A stretch of DNA of 62,943 nucleotides from an uncultured bacterium (GCA_903847915.1 CAINEW010000024.1:1-62943); one strand, 5' to 3'. Positions 1 to 8,758 are shown, numbered from the stretch's first letter. The notes: generated by a model not told the origin, from the letters alone. Made by a program: numbers and translations.

Positions 1-573
1 GAAGAAAAGGAAGAGAAAATAACACTTGATGAGCTTAAAAAACTTGCAACTGATTTTAAAGAATGGAGAGATTTGAACGCTGTTCCCTTCCTCACTCATA
101 TCCGCAATTTTCTTGCAATAAACCAAGAACAAGATGCAATTCAAATTGCTGAAAAACGCGCTCAAAAAATTGCACAAGACATCGCAAAACTTCAGAAAGC
201 AAAAGTAAAAAATCTTACATCATTTACCAAATCACTTCAGAAAGCGCAAGGATTTATCCAAGAGGGAAAGGTGATAAACACTGCTGCTTATAAGATTTTT
301 ACAAAAGAAATTGAGATGTTTTTCCCTACTACTACTTCGTCCCCTACTTCTTCAGAGTCAATAGTGGTACCTTCCGAATCAAAAGGAGAATCAAAACACC
401 TAACTACCATTTCTCCTTCTACAACAACTTCAACGCCGAGCTCTTCGCTTGTTCAAGCGGTGTCCGCAGAACCTTCCCTTCGTGACTTGGTGCGTCAATC
501 ACTTGAAAAAGTGAAACAAGCGTATCAGGTCTTCATTGAAATGAGTAATTCTGTGAGGGAGTTACTCAATTAA
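1..573 (+). CDS. hypothetical protein, 5'-partial, with Ser/Thr/Pro-rich linker
   Basis: Frame 1 is open from nt 1 (EEKEEKITLDELKKL...) into the 73..573 ORF, whose listed start is only a TTG. No recognisable catalytic motif. A strong hairpin terminator follows. Confidence 0.5.
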   Translation, partial: EEKEEKITLDELKKLATDFKEWRDLNAVPFLTHIRNFLAINQEQDAIQIAEKRAQKIAQDIAKLQKAKVKNLTSFTKSLQKAQGFIQEGKVINTAAYKIFTKEIEMFFPTTTSSPTSSESIVVPSESKGESKHLTTISPSTTTSTPSSSLVQAVSAEPSLRDLVRQSLEKVKQAYQVFIEMSNSVRELLN

Positions 574-593
574 ATTACCCGAAAGGGAAACAA

Positions 594-626
594 ATACCCC
601 CGCTTTTATTATAAAAGCGGGGGTAT
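594..626. terminator. bidirectional intrinsic terminator hairpin between convergent genes
   Basis: atacccccgctttta / taaaagcgggggtat forms a 15-bp stem with a 3-nt loop, followed by a T-run. It sits between the ORF ending at 573 (+) and hup ending at 647 (-). Confidence 0.65.
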
Positions 627-646
627 TTTTTACTCTATCTTTCTTT

Positions 647-922
647 TTAGAGCACTGCTTCTTTCAACAACTTTCCTGCGCGGAATTTTGGTTTTGTGGA
701 CGCAGCAATTTGGATTTTTTCTCCTGTCTTTGGATTGACTCCCATTCGTGCTGCACGCTTTGCCACACGGAACGTGCCGAATCCACTAATTGCCACTTCT
801 TCTCCACGAGACAATGCTTTCGTAATCGTATCAAAGACGCCATCAACCGCCATTTCGGTCTGCTTCTTCGTCTCGATACCCGCCGATTTCATGACCGCTT
901 CTACAACATCACTTTTCTTCAT
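647..922 (-). CDS. hup: HU/IHF-family nucleoid DNA-binding protein
   Basis: 91 aa. The GFGTFRV...R.GVNPKTGE.I.I......KFRAGK signature is typical of HU. Confidence 0.9.
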   Translation of the reverse strand: MKKSDVVEAVMKSAGIETKKQTEMAVDGVFDTITKALSRGEEVAISGFGTFRVAKRAARMGVNPKTGEKIQIAASTKPKFRAGKLLKEAVL

Positions 923-1049
923 ATATAAAGTAGGTTTTCCCTCGACCTTTTCTTTGCTCTAAGCATAACAGAATTACACTATTTATGCACAAGAGAGGCT
1001 TTTTCTACCTAGCATACCAGGTTAGTGATTCCTAGCTTTCTAGGAACTA

Positions 1050-2564
1050 CTATCTGGCATACTCTACTGCCTTCACCTCGCGCACCACCGTCACTTTGAT
1101 TTCACCCGGATATTGTACATCAGATTGGATTTTCCCTGCAATCTCCTTCGCAAGTTGGAGTGCGCCAAAATCATCAATCTTTTCAGGCACCACAAACACG
1201 CGCACTTCACGTCCTGCAGACACCGCATAAGATTGTTTGACTCCTTCAAAACCATTCACTACACGCTCAATCTCTTCAAGGCGCTTAATATACTTTTCTA
1301 CCGTATCACGTCGCGCACCAGGACGCGCACCAGAAATGACATCTGCTGTCGTCACTACGTATGCCTCTGGAGTTGAATAGGGAAATTCGTTATGATGAGA
1401 TTCCATCGCATGAATCACTGCTTCATCAACCCCATATTTTTTTAGTAATTTTCTCCCAATTTCAACATGAGTTCCTTCTACATCGTGATCAATTGCTTTT
1501 CCAAGATCATGCACTAACGCGCCTTTTTTAACAACTGCCACATTAAGTCCAAGCTCGGAAGCAATCGCTCCCGCAATATGCGCCATTTCTATGGAATGTT
1601 GTAACACATTCTGCCCATAACTCGTACGAAAATGAAGACGCCCTAAAATCGCCAAAATTTCTTTCGGAAAATCCATAATTCCACACTCATACGCTGCCTC
1701 CTCTCCAAGCGTCTGAATACGCTTTTCTAATTCCGCGCGCGCCTCTTCCACTTTTTCCTCAATTTTTGCCGGCTGGATACGCCCATCTTTAATAAGACGC
1801 TCAAGCGACATCTTCGCGAGCTCACGGCGATACGGATCAAATGAAGAAAGAAGAATGCTCTCTGGTGTTTCATCTACAATCACTTCTACTCCCGTGAGCC
1901 GTTCAAATGTCTTAATATTTCTTCCTTCACGTCCAATAATTTTTCCTTTAATTTCTTCATTCGGAAGTTCTACCACACTTGTTGTCACATCATTGATATG
2001 ATCGCGCGCGCATCGTTCAAGGGATGAGATAATCACTTCAAGCGCCTTCCCATCAAGCGCATCTTTTCGCTCACGTTCAAATTTAATAAGCGCCTCGTTC
2101 ATTTCTTTTTTATTGCTCTCTTCTAACTCCTTAAAAAGTTGGCGTTTTGCATCTTCACGCGAAAGTTGCGCCACGCGCTCTAATTCTGTCACCGCATGAT
2201 CTTTTATTTTTTTTGCTTCTACCTCAAGATCGTGCACACGTGTCTCTTCCTTTTTCACACGTTCTGATTCTTGTTCAAGTCCTGCACGATCTTTTTCAAC
2301 CGCATCTTCCTTTTTAAGCAAACGTTCCTCAAGTTGACGAATCTCCTGCTTCCGCTCACGTTCCTCTCGTTGAGCATTTTCAATAACCGTAGTCGCCTTT
2401 TCTTTCGCTTCTACGACAATGGACTTCGCCTCCGTTCGTGCCTCTTCAAGCTCCTTTTTTGACTGTTCCTCGAGCGAATGTGCGCTCTTCTGTGCGATAA
2501 AAAACCTGATTCCGTAGCCAACCACTGCGCCCAAAACGAGCGCTCCTAGCATCAATGGATCCAT
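1050..2564 (-). CDS. rny: ribonuclease Y
   Basis: 504 aa with an N-terminal TM helix, an E/K-rich coiled coil, a KH domain (GREGRNIKTFERLTGVEVIVD) and an HD domain (LVHDLGKA). Confidence 0.93.
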   Translation of the reverse strand: MDPLMLGALVLGAVVGYGIRFFIAQKSAHSLEEQSKKELEEARTEAKSIVVEAKEKATTVIENAQREERERKQEIRQLEERLLKKEDAVEKDRAGLEQESERVKKEETRVHDLEVEAKKIKDHAVTELERVAQLSREDAKRQLFKELEESNKKEMNEALIKFERERKDALDGKALEVIISSLERCARDHINDVTTSVVELPNEEIKGKIIGREGRNIKTFERLTGVEVIVDETPESILLSSFDPYRRELAKMSLERLIKDGRIQPAKIEEKVEEARAELEKRIQTLGEEAAYECGIMDFPKEILAILGRLHFRTSYGQNVLQHSIEMAHIAGAIASELGLNVAVVKKGALVHDLGKAIDHDVEGTHVEIGRKLLKKYGVDEAVIHAMESHHNEFPYSTPEAYVVTTADVISGARPGARRDTVEKYIKRLEEIERVVNGFEGVKQSYAVSAGREVRVFVVPEKIDDFGALQLAKEIAGKIQSDVQYPGEIKVTVVREVKAVEYAR

Positions 2565-2656
2565 AAAATGTAAATAATAAATAATACGACGTTTTCATTA
2601 CTCTTTTAGTATACCCTGCTCTCGCCGAAGGGTCAAAAAAATCAAAATAAGGTACA

Positions 2657-4222
2657 ATGAAATCTATGCGAACTACTCACCTATTAGTCATCTTAGATGG
2701 ATTTGGCATCGGTGCGCGCGACGAAAGCAATCCTATCTATCGTGCAGATCCTCCCACACTCAATATGATTCACCGCTCATTCCCCGGCTGCGCACTTCAA
2801 GCGTCAGGCAACGCCGTCGGCCTCGCATGGGACGAAGTCGGCAATAGCGAAGTAGGCCACCTTACAATTGGCGCAGGAAAAATTCTCTACCAATATTTTC
2901 CTCGTATCACCCGCGCGATACAAGACAAATCATTTTTTGAAAATCCTGCATTAAAAAACGCCTACGCTCACGCACATAAAAATAGTAGTACTATCCACCT
3001 TGTAGGACTTTTGACTGAAGGCACTGTCCATGCCTCATTTGATCATTTAGTAGCGCTCATAGAAATGGCACAAAAAGAATCGTGCGCTAATCTCTCGCTC
3101 CATCTTTTTTCAGATGGGATAGATAAAAATCCAAGAGCACTTACAGGACTACTTCAAAAACTAGAGATGATAATAAAAGAAAAAGGAGTAGGTATAATAA
3201 GTACAATCACAGGACGTTATTATGCGATGAACCGTGATGGACATTATGATCGCACTGAACACACGTATCGCACACTGGTAGAAAATAAAGGATCTCACGA
3301 ACCAATTGAAACAGTAATTCAAAAAACCTATGCAAAAGAATTGAGTGACGAATTTATTGAACCGACGATTTTCCACAACGCAAAAATGATAAGTGAAAAT
3401 GATGCAGTGATTTTTTTCAATTTCCGTGAAGATAGTATGAAACAAATCGCCGCTCCTTTTGTAAGTCCTTCATTCAACACATTTCAAACAACACTCCCCG
3501 CAAATCTTTTTGTCACTACAATGACTTCGTATGATTCTTCCTATAATGCGCACGTCGCCTTCCCTCCCGAACAAGTGGAAGAACCGTTAGGAAAAGTGTT
3601 AGCAGATAATCAAAAAACACAACTGCGCATCGCGGAAACTGAAAAATATGCCCACATTACTTATTTCTTGAACGGCCTTCGTAAAGAACCTTTCGAAAAT
3701 GAATTTCGTGTCTTAATTCCCACAGAAAATATCCCCCGCCACGATGCACGCCCAGAAATGCAGGCACGCGCCATCACCGATCGCGCTCTCGCGGCGCTCG
3801 CAGACGGCGCGTTTGACCTTATCGTCATTAATTACGCCAATCCAGATATTGTCGCCCACACCGGCAACTATGAGGCAACGGTAAAAGCGATTCATGCGGT
3901 GGACGGAGAAATAAAACGCCTTATGGATGCAGTGATAGAAAATAATCACACGCTTATTATTACGAGCGACCACGGTAATGCGGAACGTGTCTTAAATCCT
4001 GTAACCGGCGAACGCGAAACAGGTCATGACCCAAACCCCGTACCCTTCTATCTCATAAATAAAAAGTTTCAAAAAACAACACAAGAACCCCCGTTCTACA
4101 ACCTCCCCCTCATCGGCATTCTCTCCGATATCACCCCCACAATCCTTGAACTTATGGATCTCCCCAAACCCCCCAGCATGACCGGCCAAAGCTTATTAAA
4201 AGAACTGAATAATAATTATTGA
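2657..4222 (+). CDS. gpmI: 2,3-bisphosphoglycerate-independent phosphoglycerate mutase
   Basis: 521 aa with LVILDGFG at the N-terminus, NSEVGHL, and the C-terminal ITSDHGNAE metal-site motif. Confidence 0.92.
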   Translation: MKSMRTTHLLVILDGFGIGARDESNPIYRADPPTLNMIHRSFPGCALQASGNAVGLAWDEVGNSEVGHLTIGAGKILYQYFPRITRAIQDKSFFENPALKNAYAHAHKNSSTIHLVGLLTEGTVHASFDHLVALIEMAQKESCANLSLHLFSDGIDKNPRALTGLLQKLEMIIKEKGVGIISTITGRYYAMNRDGHYDRTEHTYRTLVENKGSHEPIETVIQKTYAKELSDEFIEPTIFHNAKMISENDAVIFFNFREDSMKQIAAPFVSPSFNTFQTTLPANLFVTTMTSYDSSYNAHVAFPPEQVEEPLGKVLADNQKTQLRIAETEKYAHITYFLNGLRKEPFENEFRVLIPTENIPRHDARPEMQARAITDRALAALADGAFDLIVINYANPDIVAHTGNYEATVKAIHAVDGEIKRLMDAVIENNHTLIITSDHGNAERVLNPVTGERETGHDPNPVPFYLINKKFQKTTQEPPFYNLPLIGILSDITPTILELMDLPKPPSMTGQSLLKELNNNY

Positions 4223-4464
4223 TAATGATTGTTCACATCAAGAATCTCTACAGTATCACGAGAGAGGAAAATAAAAATCGCGCGATATTTTTTATCTACG
4301 CGAAAACTCCATACTTTCATTCGTTTCGGTTCCAATAATTCTGTCTCTAAACTCGGATGAAATGGATTCTTCTCAAATAAGATGGTCTGTTTCTCAAATT
4401 TTTTGAGAATGTTATGTGCAGAAAGATAACGTCTTATTTCCGCATGAAGCGGAGAAATGGTCAT
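4216..4464 (-). CDS. RelE/ParE-superfamily type II toxin (candidate)
   Basis: 82 aa. The pattern NPFHPSL...WSFRV.KKYRAIF....V.ILDV.NHY matches the RelE/ParE-like toxin layout. It has a 4-nt ATGA overlap with the upstream small ORF. Confidence 0.55.
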   Translation of the reverse strand: MTISPLHAEIRRYLSAHNILKKFEKQTILFEKNPFHPSLETELLEPKRMKVWSFRVDKKYRAIFIFLSRDTVEILDVNNHYQ

Positions 4465-4691
4465 ACACTAAAATAATCAGAACGGCGAAGTCCTTGCGAA
4501 AGAGAAGTAAGAAACTTCTTAGAATATTTTTTGGTACGCCGAAAAGCATCCATAATATTTTTATGATTCCGTGTAGGGGGTGGAGAAAATATGCCTTCAC
4601 GCATCACCTCTTGAAGATACTCATATTGCAACGCACGCTCCACTAATTCTTGATATTCTTTTTTAGGAATCGTCACAGTAACCATATACAC
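4461..4691 (-). CDS. putative antitoxin partner
   Basis: 76 aa small ORF translationally coupled to the toxin candidate (overlap 4461..4464). No motif recognised. The call rests on size and position. Confidence 0.4.
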   Translation of the reverse strand: MYMVTVTIPKKEYQELVERALQYEYLQEVMREGIFSPPPTRNHKNIMDAFRRTKKYSKKFLTSLSQGLRRSDYFSV

Positions 4692-4850
4692 ATTATACCA
4701 TACTCCCTTACACCAATCAATCTTTGAAATGAACTTTTAGAAATCACCAAGTTTTTTTGTAAGCATGAACCCGTTACAATGTCTCAATATTCCCAAATAC
4801 GATTGTAATGACTGATCATAATACTCATCGTTTTTCTTTTCTGATAGTTT

Positions 4851-5182
4851 TCAGAACATTCGTTTTTTAGTCGTCATTCGTAACACGCGATAGTGTGGCA
4901 AAAGTATATATCCTAAGAAATCAATGCCGTGCGAATGTTTTCTTATAACCACTTTCTTTTCGTGTAGACACAACAAAAGGTGATTAGTAAGAAATAACTG
5001 TAGTTGTGATGTACAATCACAAAATCATCTGCGTAGCGAACGTAATATATTGTTTTGAGAACATGTTTTAAGTATTGATCTAATTCATTGAGGTAGATAT
5101 TTGCGATATATCGCACTACAAACCAAGCTACAAGAAATAGGAAAAATGGTTGGCGGTTGGATACGATATACACAACAAGCAC
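4851..5182 (-). pseudogene. reverse transcriptase remnant (DGR or group II-like), frameshifted and lacking the N-terminal half
   Basis: ORF 4943..5182 reads IANIYLNELDQYLKH....YYVRYADDFVIV (RT motifs 4-5 with the YADD box). A different frame at 4851..4937 reads HGIDFLGYILLPHYRVLRMTTKKRMF (RT motif 7 and thumb start). There is no room for motifs 1-3 upstream. Confidence 0.65.
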
Positions 5183-5211
5183 CCTAAAAGAGTGCTTGTT
5201 TTTTTCTTTGA

Positions 5212-5310
5212 CTATCGAGAGACTTCCAGAAACCGGAACGACCTATTGCTCCAGTGATTGTCCGCGTCATTGTAGTTCACGTTCGGAACATTGCCGTCAG
5301 GATTACGCGA
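5212..5310 (-). repeat. DGR template-repeat-like segment (Asn-codon rich)
   Basis: The coding-sense sequence tcgcgtaatcctgacggcAAtgttccgAAcgtgAAc... translates as SRNPDGNVPNVNYNDADNHWSNRSFR, with 6 AAY codons in 17. The 36-nt block 5275..5310 matches 5662..5697 except at 6 adenines. Confidence 0.5.
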
Positions 5311-5518
5311 CCTCGTAAAGCGCTCGATACCATCCATTGCACCAAAAATCTTTTTCAAAATTTTCTGAGTTATCCGATCACATCGGTTTGTATTTTGAAG
5401 CATCTTTTTATTTAAAAGAATCTTCACAAGTATCGAGCACGTAGTTTCTTTTGTTGTAGGGTAAATCGCTATCCGTTTTTATAAGACCGATTTAATAACC
5501 AATCTTTATTATAACAAA

Positions 5519-5546
5519 ATATCCAAGAGAATTTTCTCTTGGATAT
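5519..5546. terminator. 12-bp perfect hairpin just downstream of the DGR target gene
   Basis: atatccaagaga-attt-tctcttggatat lies 31 nt past the stop of the 5578..6309 gene. Confidence 0.5.
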
Positions 5547-5577
5547 TAATGAAGTGATTAAGGGAGGAGTTAAAAGG

Positions 5578-5697
5578 TTAAGAAACTACCTCACGAGCAC
5601 GCAAACCGTCATACGCATTGTCAGTACTGCAGTAGTCCACGCGCACCCCGCCGCCGCCCAAGCGCACGCCCGGAACAGCGCCGTCAGGATTACGCGA
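5578..5697 (-). repeat. DGR variable-region-like segment
   Basis: 5662..5697 aligns to 5275..5310 with 30/36 identities. All 6 mismatches fall where the other copy has A (AAT->GCT, AAC->GGC, AAC->CGC). A 14-nt G/C-only run follows at 5646..5659. Confidence 0.5.
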
Positions 5698-6309
5698 GCC
5701 ACAACAAAGCGTCCAATTCTTTTCGTCTAACCACAACCCAGTTTCATCAAAGAATTTCATTCCATGAATCAACCGCTCTAAAAGCGTTTCTCCTGAAATG
5801 TTTTTTTCTTTAAGTTGAATTGCGGAAAGATTTTTCAACGTTTCGTCTGCTTCACGAACATCGCGCACACGAATTGCATACGGACCGTTTTCTGCGGTGC
5901 GGTCATTATGCTTCATTGTGAGATCATCGCGATATAACGAAACCTTGATCTCTCGCGCTCTCATTTGCTTTACACAAAGATTTTCACTCACGCCCGGCGC
6001 AATGAGAATCGGTCGAATAATATCCTCATGTATTTCCGGAATTATGAGAGATGAGAAATCCGTTTCCATCCCAAACCATTTGAGATAAAAACGTTCCCAT
6101 TCTTGAATGATTGGTTCAACGTCTTGAGAGAATGGCTCAAGGAGCACTTCTCTGATTCTTTTTTGTAATTTTCCTTTCTTCCCCGCCCAGTATTGAGCGT
6201 AGTCGTAAGGATAATCATTCGGAATAGATCCGACGACAGTCGTGGACAAATCTTTCATTTGACCAGGACTAAGTGGGTTTTGTTTTTGGACAGTTTTATG
6301 CGTAGGCAT
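5578..6309 (-). CDS. hypothetical protein, candidate DGR target with C-terminal variable-like region
   Basis: 243-aa intact ORF. The C-terminus ...CCGSRNPDGAVPGVRLGGGGVRVDYCSTDNAYDGLRAREVVS carries the repeat shared with 5212..5310. Confidence 0.7.
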   Translation of the reverse strand: MPTHKTVQKQNPLSPGQMKDLSTTVVGSIPNDYPYDYAQYWAGKKGKLQKRIREVLLEPFSQDVEPIIQEWERFYLKWFGMETDFSSLIIPEIHEDIIRPILIAPGVSENLCVKQMRAREIKVSLYRDDLTMKHNDRTAENGPYAIRVRDVREADETLKNLSAIQLKEKNISGETLLERLIHGMKFFDETGLWLDEKNWTLCCGSRNPDGAVPGVRLGGGGVRVDYCSTDNAYDGLRAREVVS

Positions 6310-6444
6310 AACAATTTCCTTTCATATTAAGTTTTAAAAATGCTTGTGAATTAATGTAAGAATAATCTTTCATCCTTACTCTTCCATTATATCATATATC
6401 TAATAAAATTGCAATAGCTATAAAACCCCCATTATTCCTACCTA

Positions 6445-6503
6445 ATTACTACTAAATTACAATCGTATTACTATTAATTACTATCGTATTACGATCGAAT
6501 TAC
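6445..6503 (+). repeat. phased ATTAC array A (6 units)
   Basis: ATTAC starts at 6445, 6456, 6467, 6477, 6488 and 6499, giving spacings of 11, 11, 10, 11 and 11. The array lies in the divergent intergenic region. Confidence 0.85.
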
Positions 6504-6535
6504 CTATATTTCCCCAAAAAGAGTATAATAGAACC

Positions 6536-6886
6536 ATGAAGTTTATCTTCAAAATCCTTCTTCGAGTAATTATAAATATCGGCGCGCTCTATTGCGCAAG
6601 TATCTGGATTGCGGGATTTTCATTTGCCGGCACATGGAAAGATTGGCTCATCGCAGGGGTAATTTTGACGATTATCCATCTTGCAGTCCGCCCCCTTTTG
6701 AAATTTGTGTTAAGCCCCCTCATCCTCCTCACCTTCGGGTTGTTTACTATCATTATCAATATGTTTACCCTCTTCCTCCTTGACACATTCTCTGATCCGC
6801 TTACAATCCAAGGATACGCTCCCCTCTTTTTAGGAACACTCATCGTAGGATTCGCCCATGCGGTCTTCCACGCTATAGAAAAATAA
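6536..6886 (+). CDS. YvlD/Phage_holin_4_2-family membrane protein
   Basis: 116 aa with 4 predicted TM helices. The pattern ...LAVRPLLKFVLSPLILLTFGLFTIIINMFTLFLL... resembles the YvlD-type family. Confidence 0.6.
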   Translation: MKFIFKILLRVIINIGALYCASIWIAGFSFAGTWKDWLIAGVILTIIHLAVRPLLKFVLSPLILLTFGLFTIIINMFTLFLLDTFSDPLTIQGYAPLFLGTLIVGFAHAVFHAIEK

Positions 6887-6890
6887 CCAC

Positions 6891-6960
6891 ATTACTATTG
6901 AATTACCACTGTATTACTACCTAATTACCACTAAATTTCTACTAAATTACTATTGAATCT
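6891..6960 (+). repeat. phased ATTAC array B (6-7 units)
   Basis: ATTAC or ATTTC starts at 6891, 6902, 6913, 6924, 6935 and 6946 (with a degenerate unit at 6957), exactly 11 bp apart. The array fills the whole gap between two genes. Confidence 0.85.
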
Positions 6961-7182
6961 ATGCTCACCATTCTTCAGATTATCCTTTCGGTTATCCTTA
7001 TTGGTCTTATTCTCCTCCAAGAACGCTCCGGAGAAAGTTCGGCTCTTTTTGGCGGTATGGGAGGTGGAAGCGGTTCTTACCAAACACGACGTGGATTGGA
7101 ACGCATCGTCTATTGGGCAACCATTGTAAGCGCCGGTCTTTTTGCGCTCCTCGCGCTTTTAAACCTTGTTTTTAAAATTTAA
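6961..7182 (+). CDS. secG: preprotein translocase subunit SecG
   Basis: 73 aa with two TM helices and the LLQ..SGE......GG central loop typical of SecG. Confidence 0.75.
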   Translation: MLTILQIILSVILIGLILLQERSGESSALFGGMGGGSGSYQTRRGLERIVYWATIVSAGLFALLALLNLVFKI

Positions 7183-8758
7183 ACACATTTTAAACACCCT
7201 CACAGCACACGAAACACGCTTAGTGATAGGCGCGAGCATCTTTTTTTTCTGTGTATTAATTACACGCACCGGACTCGCTATTCATAATCATAGTGTTTTT
7301 ATACCTATTGAAGGCGGTGAATATCGCGAAGGGATTGTCGGTCAACCCATTATTATTCACCCTGTATTTTCAGAAAACCAACCCGATAAAGACATTTCAG
7401 CGCTCCTCTTTACACCACTCGGCGATTTACTCTCCGCACTTGAAGTAAATGATACAGGAGACCTCTACACCCTCAAACTCAAAGAAGATCTTTTATGGGA
7501 CGACGGCGAGCGACTTACTTCAGACGATATTTTTTTTACTATTAAAACTATTCAAGATCCACGCACTCATTCACCACTCCTCAAAAATTGGCAAGGAGTT
7601 GAGACCACACGCGAAAGCGAACTCAAACTTACTCTCCACCTCCCAAGTCCTTATATATTTATGGATCGCATCATAAATCGTCTCACTCTTCTTCCTCAAC
7701 ATATTTATCGTGCTCTCCCCAAAGAAAACAGCGCGCTCTCTTCGTATAATCTTGCTCCCGTAGGCAATGGTCCTTATATGTTCAAAAATCTTATTACTCG
7801 CAAAGATGGATTTATAAGCGAATATCATCTCGTTCCTAATATACATTATTTTCGCGCCCTCCCTTTTATTCAATCATTTGTCGTAGTATTTTATGAAACA
7901 CTTGATGCGCTTTTTAACGATCTTACGATAAGACGTATTGATGGTATGGGTGGAAGAAAAATAACAAATTCACTTCCACCATCATTTAAAATAGAACCGA
8001 TCGGCACCGCAGAAAGCGCAATACTTTTTCTCAATCTCCAAAACGATACGCTTAAAAATATTTCACTCCGCACCAAACTCAAAAACACTCTCTCACGCGT
8101 CTCTCTCGCACGCTTAGCCTTTCCTTGTTGTGCATATCCAATCACAAATCTTCTTTCTCTTTCCTCTCCAGAAGAATTTTCTGAAGAAAACAAAACAACA
8201 ACACAACCCATTGAATCTTTATTGTCTTCGCTTACCACAAATGACGCACCTTCACTCACACTCTCATTCCCTTCTACCGATCTTTTCATTCCTATTGCAC
8301 AAGAATTAAAAAAAATGTGGGAAATGAATAATAGTGCTCACATCACACTTGATCCACTTACACCACGCGAATTTACACAAAAAACGAATGCGCGCACCTA
8401 CGATCTCCTTCTTGCTGGTATCGCGCTTGATATTCCTGAAGATCTTTTTTCTCTTTTTCATTCTTCAGAACGTTTTACTCCAGGCACCAACTTAAGCGGC
8501 TATCAAAACCAAGAAGTAGATAAATTACTTGAAGCCACACGAGAAACAAAAGACGAAGAAAAAAGAATGGCCTTTGTTTCGCGCGCATGGCAACTTATTG
8601 AACGCGACATCTCCACCATCCCCCTTTTCTCAATTCCTTATCTTTACGCTCACGAACAATCTCTCGAAGGGTTTAATGAACAGAACATAATACGACAAGA
8701 AGATAGATTTCTTAATGTCACCGACTGGCACAATGCAAGTGTGCGCGTGTGGCAATAA
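7166..8758 (+). CDS. ABC transporter substrate-binding protein, family 5 (peptide/nickel type), N-terminal anchor
   Basis: 530 aa with an N-terminal TM helix. The length and motifs such as LKLKEDLLWDDGERLTSDDIFFT are typical of the SBP_bac_5 family. The only available start is a TTG overlapping the secG end. Confidence 0.65.
   Translation: MFLKFKHILNTLTAHETRLVIGASIFFFCVLITRTGLAIHNHSVFIPIEGGEYREGIVGQPIIIHPVFSENQPDKDISALLFTPLGDLLSALEVNDTGDLYTLKLKEDLLWDDGERLTSDDIFFTIKTIQDPRTHSPLLKNWQGVETTRESELKLTLHLPSPYIFMDRIINRLTLLPQHIYRALPKENSALSSYNLAPVGNGPYMFKNLITRKDGFISEYHLVPNIHYFRALPFIQSFVVVFYETLDALFNDLTIRRIDGMGGRKITNSLPPSFKIEPIGTAESAILFLNLQNDTLKNISLRTKLKNTLSRVSLARLAFPCCAYPITNLLSLSSPEEFSEENKTTTQPIESLLSSLTTNDAPSLTLSFPSTDLFIPIAQELKKMWEMNNSAHITLDPLTPREFTQKTNARTYDLLLAGIALDIPEDLFSLFHSSERFTPGTNLSGYQNQEVDKLLEATRETKDEEKRMAFVSRAWQLIERDISTIPLFSIPYLYAHEQSLEGFNEQNIIRQEDRFLNVTDWHNASVRVWQ

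Noticed and set aside
664-962. ORFs 664..846(-), 696..962(+) and 710..928(+) overlapping hup. The same pattern occurs with dozens of 60-130 aa ORFs antisense to or out of frame with ileS, argS, rnj, PBP1A, dnaA, the VirB4-like gene and others.
   Set aside because: Each lies entirely inside a longer ORF with strong family motifs. They have odd composition (Cys/His/Arg/Phe-rich) and no motifs, so they are shadow ORFs.
5212-5427. 71-aa ORF as a real protein-coding gene.
   Set aside because: Its only notable part is the Asn-codon-rich repeat shared with the neighbouring gene's C-terminus. A non-coding DGR template repeat is the more economical reading, although a truncated paralogue of the target gene cannot be excluded.
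6445-6960. ATTAC arrays as CRISPR arrays or as coding tandem repeats.
   Set aside because: The units are only 10-11 bp with no unique spacers, and there are no cas genes. The arrays are intergenic and full of stop codons in all frames.
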